Origin: Candidatus Nanosynbacter sp. BB002
GTDB lineage: Bacteria > Patescibacteriota > Saccharimonadia > Saccharimonadales > Saccharimonadaceae
Reading direction: 5' to 3'
Length of the DNA: 32,000 nucleotides
Assembly (NCBI RefSeq): GCF_037013405.1
Contig: NZ_CP146064.1
Coordinates: 60,001 to 92,000 of the forward strand
This document shows positions 8,114 to 17,173 of the stretch, piece after piece. Numbering within the stretch: the first letter of the stretch is position 1; each line of letters begins with the position of its first letter. The notes beneath the pieces were generated by a model. That model did no database searches. It was not told where the DNA came from and saw only the letters and a list, made by a program, of their open reading frames with translations. Both the position numbers and the translations under genes were made by a program.

Positions 8114-9013
8114 ATGGATAACAAAGGTAATAATACAAACTCGACACCAACTCCTGCTGCAACCGTTCCGGAACCACGTATGCAACCGGCGCCAACTCAG
8201 CCAGTTCCTCAGGGACCAGTCAAGAAAAAGGGCATGAGCAAGGGTATGTTGTGGGGTATCATTGGTGGTTCGATTGCCTTCATCTTGTTAGTTGTTGGTA
8301 TTGTTTTGGCGGTGATTTTATTGAGCGGTCCAAGCAAAGAAGATTACAAGGAAGCGCATGATAAGGTTACGAAAGTGCGAGGTACCTATCTACGGGTTGG
8401 CTCGGCTTTTCGTATGGTTTCATATGGGACATCAACCGCGTCTACCGATAAGATTAAAGAATCAGTAGAAGAATACAAGAAGTCGGTTGATGACTTGAAA
8501 GACATGAAAGCCTTGCGCGACAAAGATGTTAAGCAAAAATATGATGATTTCATCAAACAAAACAATGAATTTACCACAATGGTAGGTGATTTGGCTGATG
8601 CATCTGATGAATTGTTGGAGACCACAAAGAACTGTCGAACCGCTACTACCTTTCCTCGATTCAGCTCAGACCGTAGTAAGTTGCTAGAGAACTATGACAA
8701 AACCGTTAGTTCTTGTGTTTCTGCTGTTAAAAAATTAGCCAAAGTAAAGAGTCAATTGTTGTCCGAAGAGGCAAAGAAACTGGCTGATGCTTTTGATGAA
8801 CAACGAGGCATAGTTGAGGAGATGCAAAAAGCTCATGATGCTGGCGATGCGTCTGGCCTGTCGGCAGCTGCGAGTAAGTTGTACCGCCAGCTCACAAAGT
8901 TCAAGGCTGGTGATGCTCCAAAGAAGCTAAACGAGGCGTTCCAGAAGGCAGAGGTTAACTCTCAGTTGAATGCTTTGGGTCGCGTATTGACCGAGAAGGC
9001 AAACCAAAGTTAA
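8114..9013 (+). CDS. Hypothetical membrane-anchored protein (Pro-rich N-terminus, one TM, helical Lys/Asp-rich ectodomain)
   Basis: Good SD (AAAAGGAG). TM segment is MLWGIIGGSIAFILLVVGIVLAVILL. I recognise no family motif. Confidence 0.7.
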   Translation: MDNKGNNTNSTPTPAATVPEPRMQPAPTQPVPQGPVKKKGMSKGMLWGIIGGSIAFILLVVGIVLAVILLSGPSKEDYKEAHDKVTKVRGTYLRVGSAFRMVSYGTSTASTDKIKESVEEYKKSVDDLKDMKALRDKDVKQKYDDFIKQNNEFTTMVGDLADASDELLETTKNCRTATTFPRFSSDRSKLLENYDKTVSSCVSAVKKLAKVKSQLLSEEAKKLADAFDEQRGIVEEMQKAHDAGDASGLSAAASKLYRQLTKFKAGDAPKKLNEAFQKAEVNSQLNALGRVLTEKANQS

Positions 9014-9034
9014 AGCTCAGGTAGAATAAGTGAG

Positions 9035-9061
9035 AAGCTCCGTCGTGTGGCGGAGCTTTTT
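9035..9061 (+). terminator. Rho-independent terminator
   Basis: aagctccg (9035-9042) pairs with cggagctt (9051-9058), 8-nt loop, T-run at 9057-9061. Confidence 0.7.
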
Positions 9062-9075
9062 AATTGGCCGGGAGA

Positions 9076-9105
9076 ATTGTTTATGTAGGATGAATGTAGT
9101 ATAGT
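9076..9105 (+). promoter_or_regulatory. Putative promoter of the Rrf2/yhgE operon
   Basis: TTGTTT (9076-9081), 18 nt spacer, TATAGT (9100-9105), immediately upstream of the 18-bp palindrome. Confidence 0.4.
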
Positions 9106-9107
9106 GG

Positions 9108-9125
9108 ATAGTAGATATCTACTAT
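9108..9125. promoter_or_regulatory. Perfect 18-bp inverted repeat; candidate operator for the adjacent Rrf2-family repressor
   Basis: ATAGTAGAT|ATCTACTAT is a perfect palindrome. It sits between the putative -10 and the Rrf2 start codon at 9147. Confidence 0.5.
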
Positions 9126-9146
9126 AGCTAATTTGGAAAGGATTTT

Positions 9147-9570
9147 ATGAAATTATCGGGAGCTGTTGAACAAGCTTGCTGTATTATGGCGCTTTTGGCC
9201 GACCCTAAGCGAACCGCGCCAATTACTAACGACGCTTTGGCTGAGAAAATGGCGGTATCGCCGACGTATCTGAAGAAGATTAGTCGCAAATTGGTGGTGG
9301 CACAGCTCATCACTTCAGTACAAGGTGCTGGCGGTGGTTTCGTTTTGGCGCGGGAAATGAGCCAAGTGACGCTGCACGACGTCGTTTTGGCAAGCACCGT
9401 TCTTTCAACCCCAGGGGATTATTGAGCGGGTCTTTGCGACACGCCTCCACCAAGTCGAAATTGGCATGAATATGATCGAAAAAGTCTTTTCTGAAGCGCA
9501 GCAAAAGTGGAGCGATTATCTAAAAACAGTAACCCTAGAAGATATTGCCAAGGAGGTAATGCATGGTTGA
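9147..9570 (+). pseudogene. Rrf2-family winged-helix transcriptional regulator interrupted by a +1 frameshift (or an assembly error)
   Basis: Frame 0 (9147-9425) gives MKLSGAVEQACCIMALLA...ISRKLVVAQLITSVQGAGGGFVLA (Rrf2 HTH) and stops after 92 aa. The expected C-terminal helix region (GIIERVF...KVFSEAQQKWSDYLKTVTLEDIAKEV) continues in the +1 frame, which is open from 9370 to stop 9568-9570. Confidence 0.7.
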
Positions 9571-11678
9571 AAAAGTAACGCGGTTGTCGCGCCGGCAACG
9601 CAATAATATGGTGCGCGCCGAGTGGCGGCATTTATTCAAAAATAAGATCTTATTGGTTTCGCTGGCGGTGATTTCGTTTATCCCGATTATGTACAGCGGC
9701 TTTTTCTTGGGGTCGATTTGGGATCCGTACGGGCAAACCAAAAACTTGCCGGTGGCGTTTGTCAACGAGGACAAAGGCGCGCAGCTGAATGGTCAAGCGC
9801 TGAACGTCGGGCAGTCGGTTGAGCAAAAATTAAAAGATAATCACGATTTGGGCTGGGAATTCGTGACTAAGCAGCAAGCCGATAGCGGCGTTAGCAGCGG
9901 GCATTTCTATGCAGTGGTGACGATTCCGGCAGATTTTTCGGCAAAAGCAGCATCAATTACGCAAAATAAACCCGAGCAGGCAGTTATTCACTATACGACG
10001 ACGCCAGCCAAGAATTATATCGGTTCGTTGGTCAGTAGCCAGGCGGCTGAAAAAGTCAAGACTTCGGTGGCCGAGCAAGTCACTAAGGCTTATGCCAAAA
10101 GGCGTGCTAGAAAGTATCAATAAGCTTGGCGGCGGTCTGGAAACAGCAGCGGACGGCGCAGTGCAACTGCATGATGGTTTGGCGACTTTGCAGGCAGGCG
10201 TGCAAACTTACACCAGTGGCGTTAAGCAGTTGGCGACCAATCAGCAGGCGCTAAGCAACGGTTTGGCTCAGCTAGCTGATGGGTCGCGCCAACTGCAAGC
10301 GGGACTGGGGCAAATGTCGAATGGTTTGCCGAGCCAAGTCCAAGTTGTGCAATTATCAAACGGCATGAAGCAACTGCAATCTGGTCTCAATCAGCTCAAC
10401 GCCAGCGTGCATAATCCATCGCCAGAACTGACAGCGCTGCAACAAAAGGTTGCTAACGAGGCGCAAACTTTGGCGGTAACAATGCAGGCGGCAAGGGTAG
10501 ATTTGACGACAGCCGGCGGCACACTACAAACGCTCGGTGCTGAAGCGCAAGCTGCTCCTGGCAAATCGACAACTATAACCGTGCCGCAAATTGGCATCAT
10601 ATCAAAAGCACTCACAGCAACGCAGACTATTACAAAACAAACGACTGAGCTGTTAATGGACTTGCAAACACTGACGGTGCAATTGAGCAAGCAACAAAGC
10701 CAACTGCAAACTGGCATTGCGACACTAGCAAACAGTGCGAACCAACTGGCACCGAATGCGGTTAGTGCGTTCAATGGTTACAATAACCTGAGAGCGGCTA
10801 ATAATCAGCTACTGACTGGCTCGACAACGCTGGTGAATAATTTGTCACAAGCGCAAACCGGCAGCCAGCGACTAGCCAACGGCGCGGTAGTCTTGAATGC
10901 TAATTCAGGCACTTTGCTCAGCGGTACATCACAGCTGGCAACTGGTGCGGACACGCTGTCTGTCAAATTGGCTGACGCTGGCAACCAGATAAAGCTGCAG
11001 CCGACTGGCGCTGCCACGCAGCAGCAAATCGCCAACCCGGTATCGTCGGAAACTAATAAACAGGGAGATGTGCCAAATTATGGCTATGCCTTGGCACCAT
11101 ACGTCTTGTCGCTGAGCTTGTTTGTCGGGGCGCTAGCGGTCAATATCATTTATCCTATCCGCAAGACTTTTACCGAACAAGAAAATGCCTTTCGCTGGTG
11201 GCTCGCCAAAGCCTCGGTCATTGGTACGGCAGCCTTTGCTCAGGCAACAATCTTGATGCTAATTATGGTTTATTGTCTGGGCTTAACGCCTGACCATCCG
11301 GGGCATTTCATCGGCGCGGTATATTTGACCTCGTTTGCCTATATGTCGATTGTGTCACTGTTGGTGATTGTCTTGGATAATCCGGGGCGCTTCCTAGCAA
11401 TGGTGCTGCTGGTGTTGCAGCTGGGATCGAGCGAAGGAACTTTCCCAATCCAAACGACAAATGGCTTTTTCCAAGCGGTCAACCCGCTGGTACCGATGAC
11501 TTATTCAATCAGGGCCTTGCGTCAAGCTATCTCGGGAGGGCTCAGCAACTCATTTTACATTGATAGCATGTGGGTGCTGGCGGGCTTTTTGCTGGTAGCT
11601 AACCTGTTGATGCTCGGCTTCTTCGCCTACCGCGGCAAGCGAAAATTTATTTACACATCAGTGGACGGCGATGATTGA
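9563..11678 (+). pseudogene. YhgE/Pip-family (phage infection protein-like) polytopic membrane protein, split into two ORFs by a +1 frameshift at 10097-10100
   Basis: ORF 9563-10123 is the YhgE/Pip N-terminal domain (one TM, then VAFVNEDKGA). ORF 10092-11678 carries the Q/L/G-rich repeat region and the C-terminal multi-TM domain. The two ORFs overlap by 32 nt. Removing one A from AAAA (10097-10100) joins them as ...TKAYAKGVLESINKLGGGL.... AAGGAGG SD lies 7 nt before ATG 9563. Confidence 0.75.
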
Positions 11679-11711
11679 TATAGATAACAGTGGTGCTGTT
11701 ATTACGCGCTT

Positions 11712-11740
11712 TTGACAAAATATCTGTGGTTTGCTAAAAT
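11712..11740 (+). promoter_or_regulatory. Consensus-like extended -10 promoter of rnj
   Basis: TTGACA (11712-11717), 17 nt spacer, TGcTAAAAT (11732-11740). The ~80-nt leader ends in an AAGGAG SD. Confidence 0.6.
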
Positions 11741-11822
11741 AGACCCACTAACGAGGGAATATTTGCTATTTATCTCTCTACCTGATTTTTGAATTATTAT
11801 AACGAAAAAGGAGTATAACAAT

Positions 11823-13964
11823 ATGGGTCAGCGGCGACTGGCAACACCGCAGAAGGATGATGCTAAAAAGCGTCCTCAGTCGAAAAAAAGCAACAATGCA
11901 GTATTAAACAGCACCACCACTCGTAAAGGTGAGGTTTTTCGCGCGCAGCGACGAACGAGCGAAAATGTTAATCTGAGGGCGTCACAGCACGTGATCAATA
12001 TCCCAGTCAATAAATCAGTTTATAACGGCTATGGCGGCGAACAATTTAGCGCCAAAATGCAGCCAAAACGGACTTGCGGTGGCAAGCCAAAACTACGAAT
12101 CATCCCAATCGGCGGTGTCGGCGAAATGGGAATCGGTAAAAATATGAACGCCATTGAGTACGACGATGAAATTATCGTTGTCGACATGGGCTTTCTGTTT
12201 CCGGGCAGCGATTATCCAGGTATCAATTACATTACACCGGATATTACCTGGCTGGAGGAAAATAAGCACAAGATCAAGGCGCATGTGTTCACTCACGGAC
12301 ACCTTGATCACATCGGTTCTTTCCGGCATTTTATTCACCGAATTCCAGCACCAGTCTACGCGTCGAAGTTTACTATCGGTATGCTAGATAAGTCGCTGGC
12401 TGATGCGGATACTGATTTTCAGCCAGACTTTCGGGTGATGGATCCATTGAGCCATGAAATTGTTCAGGTGTCGAAACACTTTTCAGTGGAATTAGTGCGG
12501 GTGAATCACTCTATTCCAGATTCGACAGCGGTGATCATTCGGACGCCGCTGGGTGTGATCATTGATTCTGGCGACTGGCGATTTGAGGAAAGTCCGGTTG
12601 ATGGTCAGAAGTTTGACCTTAAACGCATGACTGAAGTGGCGTCCAAAGAAGGTGTGTTGATGTTCATGAATGAATCGACCAACTGTGAGTCAGCTGGTAC
12701 GCACACCCACACCGAGTTTGATATTCAATATTCCATCGGTCAGGTGATGGATAAATTCAGTAACAGCCGGGTGATTTTGAGCTGTTTCTCATCACAGGTG
12801 CACCGTTTGCAATTGATTTTGGAAGAAGCGCATAAGCACGGGCGTAAGGTGGCGTTTGCTGGATTTTCGATGATTCAGAACTTGGAAGTGGCGCTGCGTT
12901 CAGGCACCATCAAGATCCCGAAAGACACCGTCATGAAGATGGAAGACATCATCAAGTTACCAGACAGCCAAGTCACCGTGGTCTGTACTGGTTCACAGGG
13001 TGAGTTTAATGCTGTGCTTAATCGCATGGCGACTGGTGCGCATAAATACATGAAGATCAAAGGCTCTGACGTGGTGGTGTTTAGCTCCAATCCGATTCCG
13101 GGCAACGAGAAAAACGTGGTGCGAACAGTTGATGGTTTGATGCGCGAGGGCTCTGATGTGATTCAGAATGGCAAAACACACTTGACGGGTGTTGGTCCGC
13201 TGCACTTGTCGGGTCATGGCTATTACGATGATCACATTAAGCTGATTAACGCCTTGAACCCAACGTACTACATGCCAATTCACGGTGAATTCCACATGCT
13301 GGTGCACAACGCGCGGCTGGCAGAGAAAGAGTGTGGGATTCCGAGGAAGAATATCTTTGTGTGTGACGCCGGTGATATTATTGAAATTGATATCGAACGC
13401 CAAGCTAAGAAGGCTGGTCGAATTCAGGCTGGTGGCGTGATGTATGACGATACGGGCGCTATCGTCTCTGAGGTGGTACTGAAAGATCGCATTCATATGT
13501 CTCAAGAGGGTATGTTTGTGGTGGTGTTGACAGTCCAGCGTGGTACGGGACGGCTGTTGACTAGTCCGGATATTATCTCCCGAGGATTCATTTACTTGCG
13601 TGATTCCGAAGAATTGATGAACATGATCCGCCAGTACTTGAAACAGAAGGCAGCGCGCAGTTTTGCCGGCAAGTATGACCTTGATGTGGTGAAAAAGGAA
13701 ATCAAGGATGAAGTCACGCACATCTTGTACGACCAGACGCGTCGAACACCGATTGTTATCCCTGTTATCAATGAAATCGGTGGTGGCTTGAAAGCTCCAG
13801 GAAAAGTTTCTCGGGGTGTCCAGGGAGCAGCTAAGTCAGAAGCAGCAGCTGATAGCCCAGTTGTTCCAAAGCTACCCAAAAAACGATTTCCAGCTAAACA
13901 AATCCCTGACACGGAGGCGAACGACACCAAGGCTCGAGAGCGACACAACGCACCGGCTTATTAG
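11823..13964 (+). CDS. rnj: Ribonuclease J (metallo-beta-lactamase/beta-CASP) with basic N- and C-terminal extensions
   Basis: Core begins at KLRIIPIGGVGEMGIGKNM. Also HGHLDHIG (HxHxDH motif), beta-CASP region, PIHGEFHML. About 90 aa of K/R/Q-rich N-terminal extension and a ~70-aa basic tail. Confidence 0.93.
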   Translation: MGQRRLATPQKDDAKKRPQSKKSNNAVLNSTTTRKGEVFRAQRRTSENVNLRASQHVINIPVNKSVYNGYGGEQFSAKMQPKRTCGGKPKLRIIPIGGVGEMGIGKNMNAIEYDDEIIVVDMGFLFPGSDYPGINYITPDITWLEENKHKIKAHVFTHGHLDHIGSFRHFIHRIPAPVYASKFTIGMLDKSLADADTDFQPDFRVMDPLSHEIVQVSKHFSVELVRVNHSIPDSTAVIIRTPLGVIIDSGDWRFEESPVDGQKFDLKRMTEVASKEGVLMFMNESTNCESAGTHTHTEFDIQYSIGQVMDKFSNSRVILSCFSSQVHRLQLILEEAHKHGRKVAFAGFSMIQNLEVALRSGTIKIPKDTVMKMEDIIKLPDSQVTVVCTGSQGEFNAVLNRMATGAHKYMKIKGSDVVVFSSNPIPGNEKNVVRTVDGLMREGSDVIQNGKTHLTGVGPLHLSGHGYYDDHIKLINALNPTYYMPIHGEFHMLVHNARLAEKECGIPRKNIFVCDAGDIIEIDIERQAKKAGRIQAGGVMYDDTGAIVSEVVLKDRIHMSQEGMFVVVLTVQRGTGRLLTSPDIISRGFIYLRDSEELMNMIRQYLKQKAARSFAGKYDLDVVKKEIKDEVTHILYDQTRRTPIVIPVINEIGGGLKAPGKVSRGVQGAAKSEAAADSPVVPKLPKKRFPAKQIPDTEANDTKARERHNAPAY

Positions 13965-14036
13965 ACATATTTAACAAAGTATGTTATAATAAATAAGTGC
14001 GATAATCCGTAAAACGAGGTATAATAGATAACAGTT

Positions 14037-16262
14037 ATGCCTAAAAAACGAAAGACTACGAAAAAGAAATCAGTGGCGACTGCGCCAAAACATGACGTAC
14101 CGAGCGGTTTTTGGTCGCAGGTTGGAGCAGTCTTGATGATTGTGCTGTCATTACTCTTGGTGGTGGCATGGTTTGATGTAGGCGGTCCAGTGTTGGAATG
14201 GACTAACCACGCCGCTTTGAAGGTCGTTGGTTACGCTATGTATGCTCTGCCAGTGTTGTTGGTGTATATTGCAGTGGAGACTTTCCGCGCAGAGAATAAT
14301 CGATTGCCAATTGCCATGAAGATAGCGGCTGTTTTGGAGGTGGTGTGGCTGAGTGGGCTGTTTGGACTACTGAAGACTGCCGCCCGCCCGGAGGCTGGTG
14401 GTGTTATTGGCGATGTCGCTAATAATATGATGATGACCCTGGCGGAAAAGCCAATCGTCGCTCTGATATATATCGTCCTCATCCTTATCACCGCGTTGTT
14501 CATCACGCTCATGACCCCAGTTGAGCTGTTCGGTAAGATATGGGAAATGATGCGGCGTGATTCTTCGGAGGATGATGAGAATAAGGCAATTATGCGGCAG
14601 GCCGCCAAAGCGGAAAAAGCTGAGCCACGAAAGGTTAGCGAGATTAATTTGAACGCTGGCGTGCCGACGGTAGATACAGAAGAACCAGCTAAAGCCAAAA
14701 AATCGTCGCCGTTAAGTAGTTTGCGGGGTAGCGTAAAGCAGGACAAATCTGCCGAAGAACAGGCAGCATTGGTTTCGGTGCATGATCCAAATTGGCAATC
14801 ACCAAGCTTGGATCTACTAGAGAAGAAGCAAAGCCCAGCTGATGCTGGCGATATTCGGCAAAACGCGCAGATCATTCACGACACCTTGGCGGAATTTAAC
14901 ATTGATGTAGAGATGGAAGACGCCAATATTGGGCCGAAGGTGACGCAATATACTTTGCGGCCGCCGAGTGGTGTAAAATTGACGCGCATCACAGCACTGG
15001 AGACGAATATTGCTTTGAATTTGGCGGCGCAGAGTTTGCGGATTGAGGCGCCGATTCCTGGGCAAAAAGCCGTTGGTATTGAGGTGCCAAACCGACGAGC
15101 GGCTGATGTGCGACTATATGGTGTGTTGGATTCGAAACAATGGAAGCACGCCCATGAACCGTTGAGCTTTGCTATCGGTAAGGATATCTCGGGTGAAGCA
15201 GTGGTTGGTGAGCTGAATAAGATGCCGCACATGTTGATCGCTGGTCAGACCGGTTCTGGTAAGTCGGTGATGATTAACACCTTATTGACTAGTTTGTTGT
15301 ACCGCAATAGCCCAAGCGATATGAAATTGATCTTGGTTGACCCAAAGCAGGTGGAAATGGCACCGTACGAAGATATCCCACATCTGCTGACGCCAGTGAT
15401 TACTGAGCCAGAAAAGACTATCTCGGCCTTGAAGTGGGCGGTCAATGAGATGGAGCGGCGGTATAAGTTGTTGGCGGCGGAGAAAATTCGTGATATTAAG
15501 AGCTATAACAAAAAAATCAAGACTGCTGGCACGAAAATCCCGGTTGCTGATGAGAACGGAAATGTTCAGCAACATGAAGACGGGGCGATGCCATACATTG
15601 TCATCGTCATTGATGAGTTAGCTGATTTGATGATGGTGGCGGCGCGTGACGTCGAGGCGCTGATCGTTCGCTTGGCGCAGAAAGCTCGAGCGGTGGGTAT
15701 TCACCTGGTCTTGGCAACGCAGCGGCCGAGTGTTGACGTGATCACTGGTTTGATCAAGGCGAATGTGCCAGCACGAATTGGCTTTACCGTAGCTTCTCAG
15801 GTTGACTCACGAACTATTCTGGACCAGATTGGTGCTGAGAAACTGCTTGGTCAGGGTGATATGTTGCTGTACACACCAAGCATGAGCAAGCCAAAGCGTA
15901 TTCAGGGTGCATGGGTGACTGATGACGAAGTCAATAAGATAACGGACTATCTCAGGATGCAGTCAGCACCGCAGTACAATGATGAAGTGGTTGCGCAGCC
16001 TGTTCAGCTCAATGGTAAGGGTGGCGTAATGGTGAACTTGGAAGGCAATGACGGTGACGCGATGTTTAAGGATGCTGTTCGCTTGGTCATTGAGAGTCGT
16101 CGAGCCTCCACTAGTTTATTACAGATGCGGTTGAAGATAGGGTATGGTCGAGCTGCTCGTATCATGGCCGAGATGGAAGACCAGGGGATTATCGGTCCGG
16201 CTAATGGATCGAAGCCACGAGAGGTGTTGGTATCAAGCCTTGATGAACTTGGTGATAGCTAA
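14037..16262 (+). CDS. ftsK: DNA translocase FtsK/SpoIIIE
   Basis: N-terminal TM helices, a linker, Walker A in GQTGSGKSVMINT, Walker B in VIVIDELADLMM, and a C-terminal winged-helix gamma domain (STSLLQMRLKIGYGRAARIMAEMEDQGIIGP). Confidence 0.95.
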   Translation: MPKKRKTTKKKSVATAPKHDVPSGFWSQVGAVLMIVLSLLLVVAWFDVGGPVLEWTNHAALKVVGYAMYALPVLLVYIAVETFRAENNRLPIAMKIAAVLEVVWLSGLFGLLKTAARPEAGGVIGDVANNMMMTLAEKPIVALIYIVLILITALFITLMTPVELFGKIWEMMRRDSSEDDENKAIMRQAAKAEKAEPRKVSEINLNAGVPTVDTEEPAKAKKSSPLSSLRGSVKQDKSAEEQAALVSVHDPNWQSPSLDLLEKKQSPADAGDIRQNAQIIHDTLAEFNIDVEMEDANIGPKVTQYTLRPPSGVKLTRITALETNIALNLAAQSLRIEAPIPGQKAVGIEVPNRRAADVRLYGVLDSKQWKHAHEPLSFAIGKDISGEAVVGELNKMPHMLIAGQTGSGKSVMINTLLTSLLYRNSPSDMKLILVDPKQVEMAPYEDIPHLLTPVITEPEKTISALKWAVNEMERRYKLLAAEKIRDIKSYNKKIKTAGTKIPVADENGNVQQHEDGAMPYIVIVIDELADLMMVAARDVEALIVRLAQKARAVGIHLVLATQRPSVDVITGLIKANVPARIGFTVASQVDSRTILDQIGAEKLLGQGDMLLYTPSMSKPKRIQGAWVTDDEVNKITDYLRMQSAPQYNDEVVAQPVQLNGKGGVMVNLEGNDGDAMFKDAVRLVIESRRASTSLLQMRLKIGYGRAARIMAEMEDQGIIGPANGSKPREVLVSSLDELGDS

Positions 16263-16277
16263 TTTGAAATGATCTAG

Positions 16278-17087
16278 TTATCGTGCTGTTTGGTATTCTC
16301 CAAGTAGCGTGACTTTGTGACCGGTTGCGGTGATTTTGTTGATGGCGCGACGTAATGACGGACCGGCAGCATCAACGGTTATGAAGAATTTGTAGTTCCA
16401 CGGTTGACCAACGATGGGCTGGGATTGGAGGCTGGCAAGGTTGATGGACTGATTGGCGAACGTACGGAGTATCTCGAGGAGACTGCCTGGTTGATGGGCG
16501 GTGGTCACCACAAGCGTTGCTCGATTGGCATCAGCCACTGTCGTTGTCTGGTCGAGAACGAGGAAACGAGTGATGTTGTCCTGGGCATCTTGGATGTGCC
16601 GCTTGAGAATTGGCATATTGTGTAGCTGAGCGGCGGCCTCACCAGCGATGGCTGCTAGGTGTGGTGAACCGTGTTGCTTGATGAACTCAACAGCGCCAGC
16701 GGTATCAAAATATTCAATTTGCGCAGCGTGTGGTAGGCATTCTTGGAGAAAATGCTGGCATTGTGACAAGGCAACAGGATGTGAATAGACAGAAGTGATG
16801 TCTTCAAGCTTTGTGCCTGGATTGGTAATAAGGGTTTGTTGAATGGTAAGTGTCACTTCACCAACGATAGGAGCGCTGCAGGATTCGATGTGACGGTAGG
16901 TTTCGTTGATGGTGCCGTAAATGGTATTTTCTACTGCCACGACAATAGCGTCGGCTTGGCCGCGGGCATAGGTTTGAAAAACATCGCCAAAGGTCACGCA
17001 CGGAACGATGGTAGCCTCGGGCCCGTACCATTGTTTTGCTGCTTGTTCGTGAAATGATCCAGCTTGTCCTTGAATAGCGATACGCAT
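16278..17087 (-). CDS. pheA: Prephenate dehydratase (PDT catalytic domain plus ACT regulatory domain)
   Basis: MRIAIQGQAGSFHEQAA, VENTIYGTINET, VYSHPVALSQCQHFL, NITRFLVL (TRF motif), and an ACT-like C-terminus GSLLEILRTFANQSINLASLQSQP. Confidence 0.85.
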   Translation of the reverse strand: MRIAIQGQAGSFHEQAAKQWYGPEATIVPCVTFGDVFQTYARGQADAIVVAVENTIYGTINETYRHIESCSAPIVGEVTLTIQQTLITNPGTKLEDITSVYSHPVALSQCQHFLQECLPHAAQIEYFDTAGAVEFIKQHGSPHLAAIAGEAAAQLHNMPILKRHIQDAQDNITRFLVLDQTTTVADANRATLVVTTAHQPGSLLEILRTFANQSINLASLQSQPIVGQPWNYKFFITVDAAGPSLRRAINKITATGHKVTLLGEYQTAR

Positions 17088-17094
17088 GAATTCT

Positions 17095-17103
17095 ATTGTA
17101 GCA
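17095..17103 (-). promoter_or_regulatory. Extended -10 element (TGcTACAAT on the minus strand) 7 nt upstream of the pheA ATG; leaderless architecture
   Basis: The minus strand reads TGCTACAAT-agaattc-ATG. There is no SD and the -35 is weak. Confidence 0.5.
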
Positions 17104-17124
17104 CGGCCCGACAGGGCACATCAC

Positions 17125-17153
17125 TGGACTTTTACATCAGATTACCGTATAAT
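17125..17153 (+). promoter_or_regulatory. Putative promoter of the rpsF-ssb-rpsR operon
   Basis: TGGACT (17125-17130), 17 nt spacer, TATAAT (17148-17153). The ~65-nt leader ends in a GAAGGAGG SD. Confidence 0.45.
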
Positions 17154-17173
17154 ACGAGGGAATAATAACCTAA

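Noticed and set aside
11684-11702. A short hairpin (ataacag-tggtg-ctgttat) lies after yhgE and could be a terminator.
   Set aside because: The stem is 7 bp and AT-rich, and it is followed by only a weak, interrupted T-run. This is below my threshold for a feature call.
12993-13721. A 242-aa ORF on the minus strand inside rnj. Similar long antisense ORFs lie at 14231-14875 (inside ftsK), 27150-27749 (inside pilO-like/pilN), 2297-2788 (inside the DHH-like gene) and 10391-10774 (inside yhgE).
   Set aside because: All lie fully within strongly supported genes on the opposite strand. They have odd composition (His/Arg/Cys/Ser-rich), no SD or promoter, and no recognisable motifs. These are typical shadow ORFs.
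11680-14035. An identical 12-mer ATAGATAACAGT occurs on both sides of rnj (11680-11691 and 14024-14035). This could suggest direct repeats flanking an inserted segment.
   Set aside because: A 12-nt exact match is expected by chance many times in 32 kb. rnj is a core gene, and there are no mobility genes or a composition shift.
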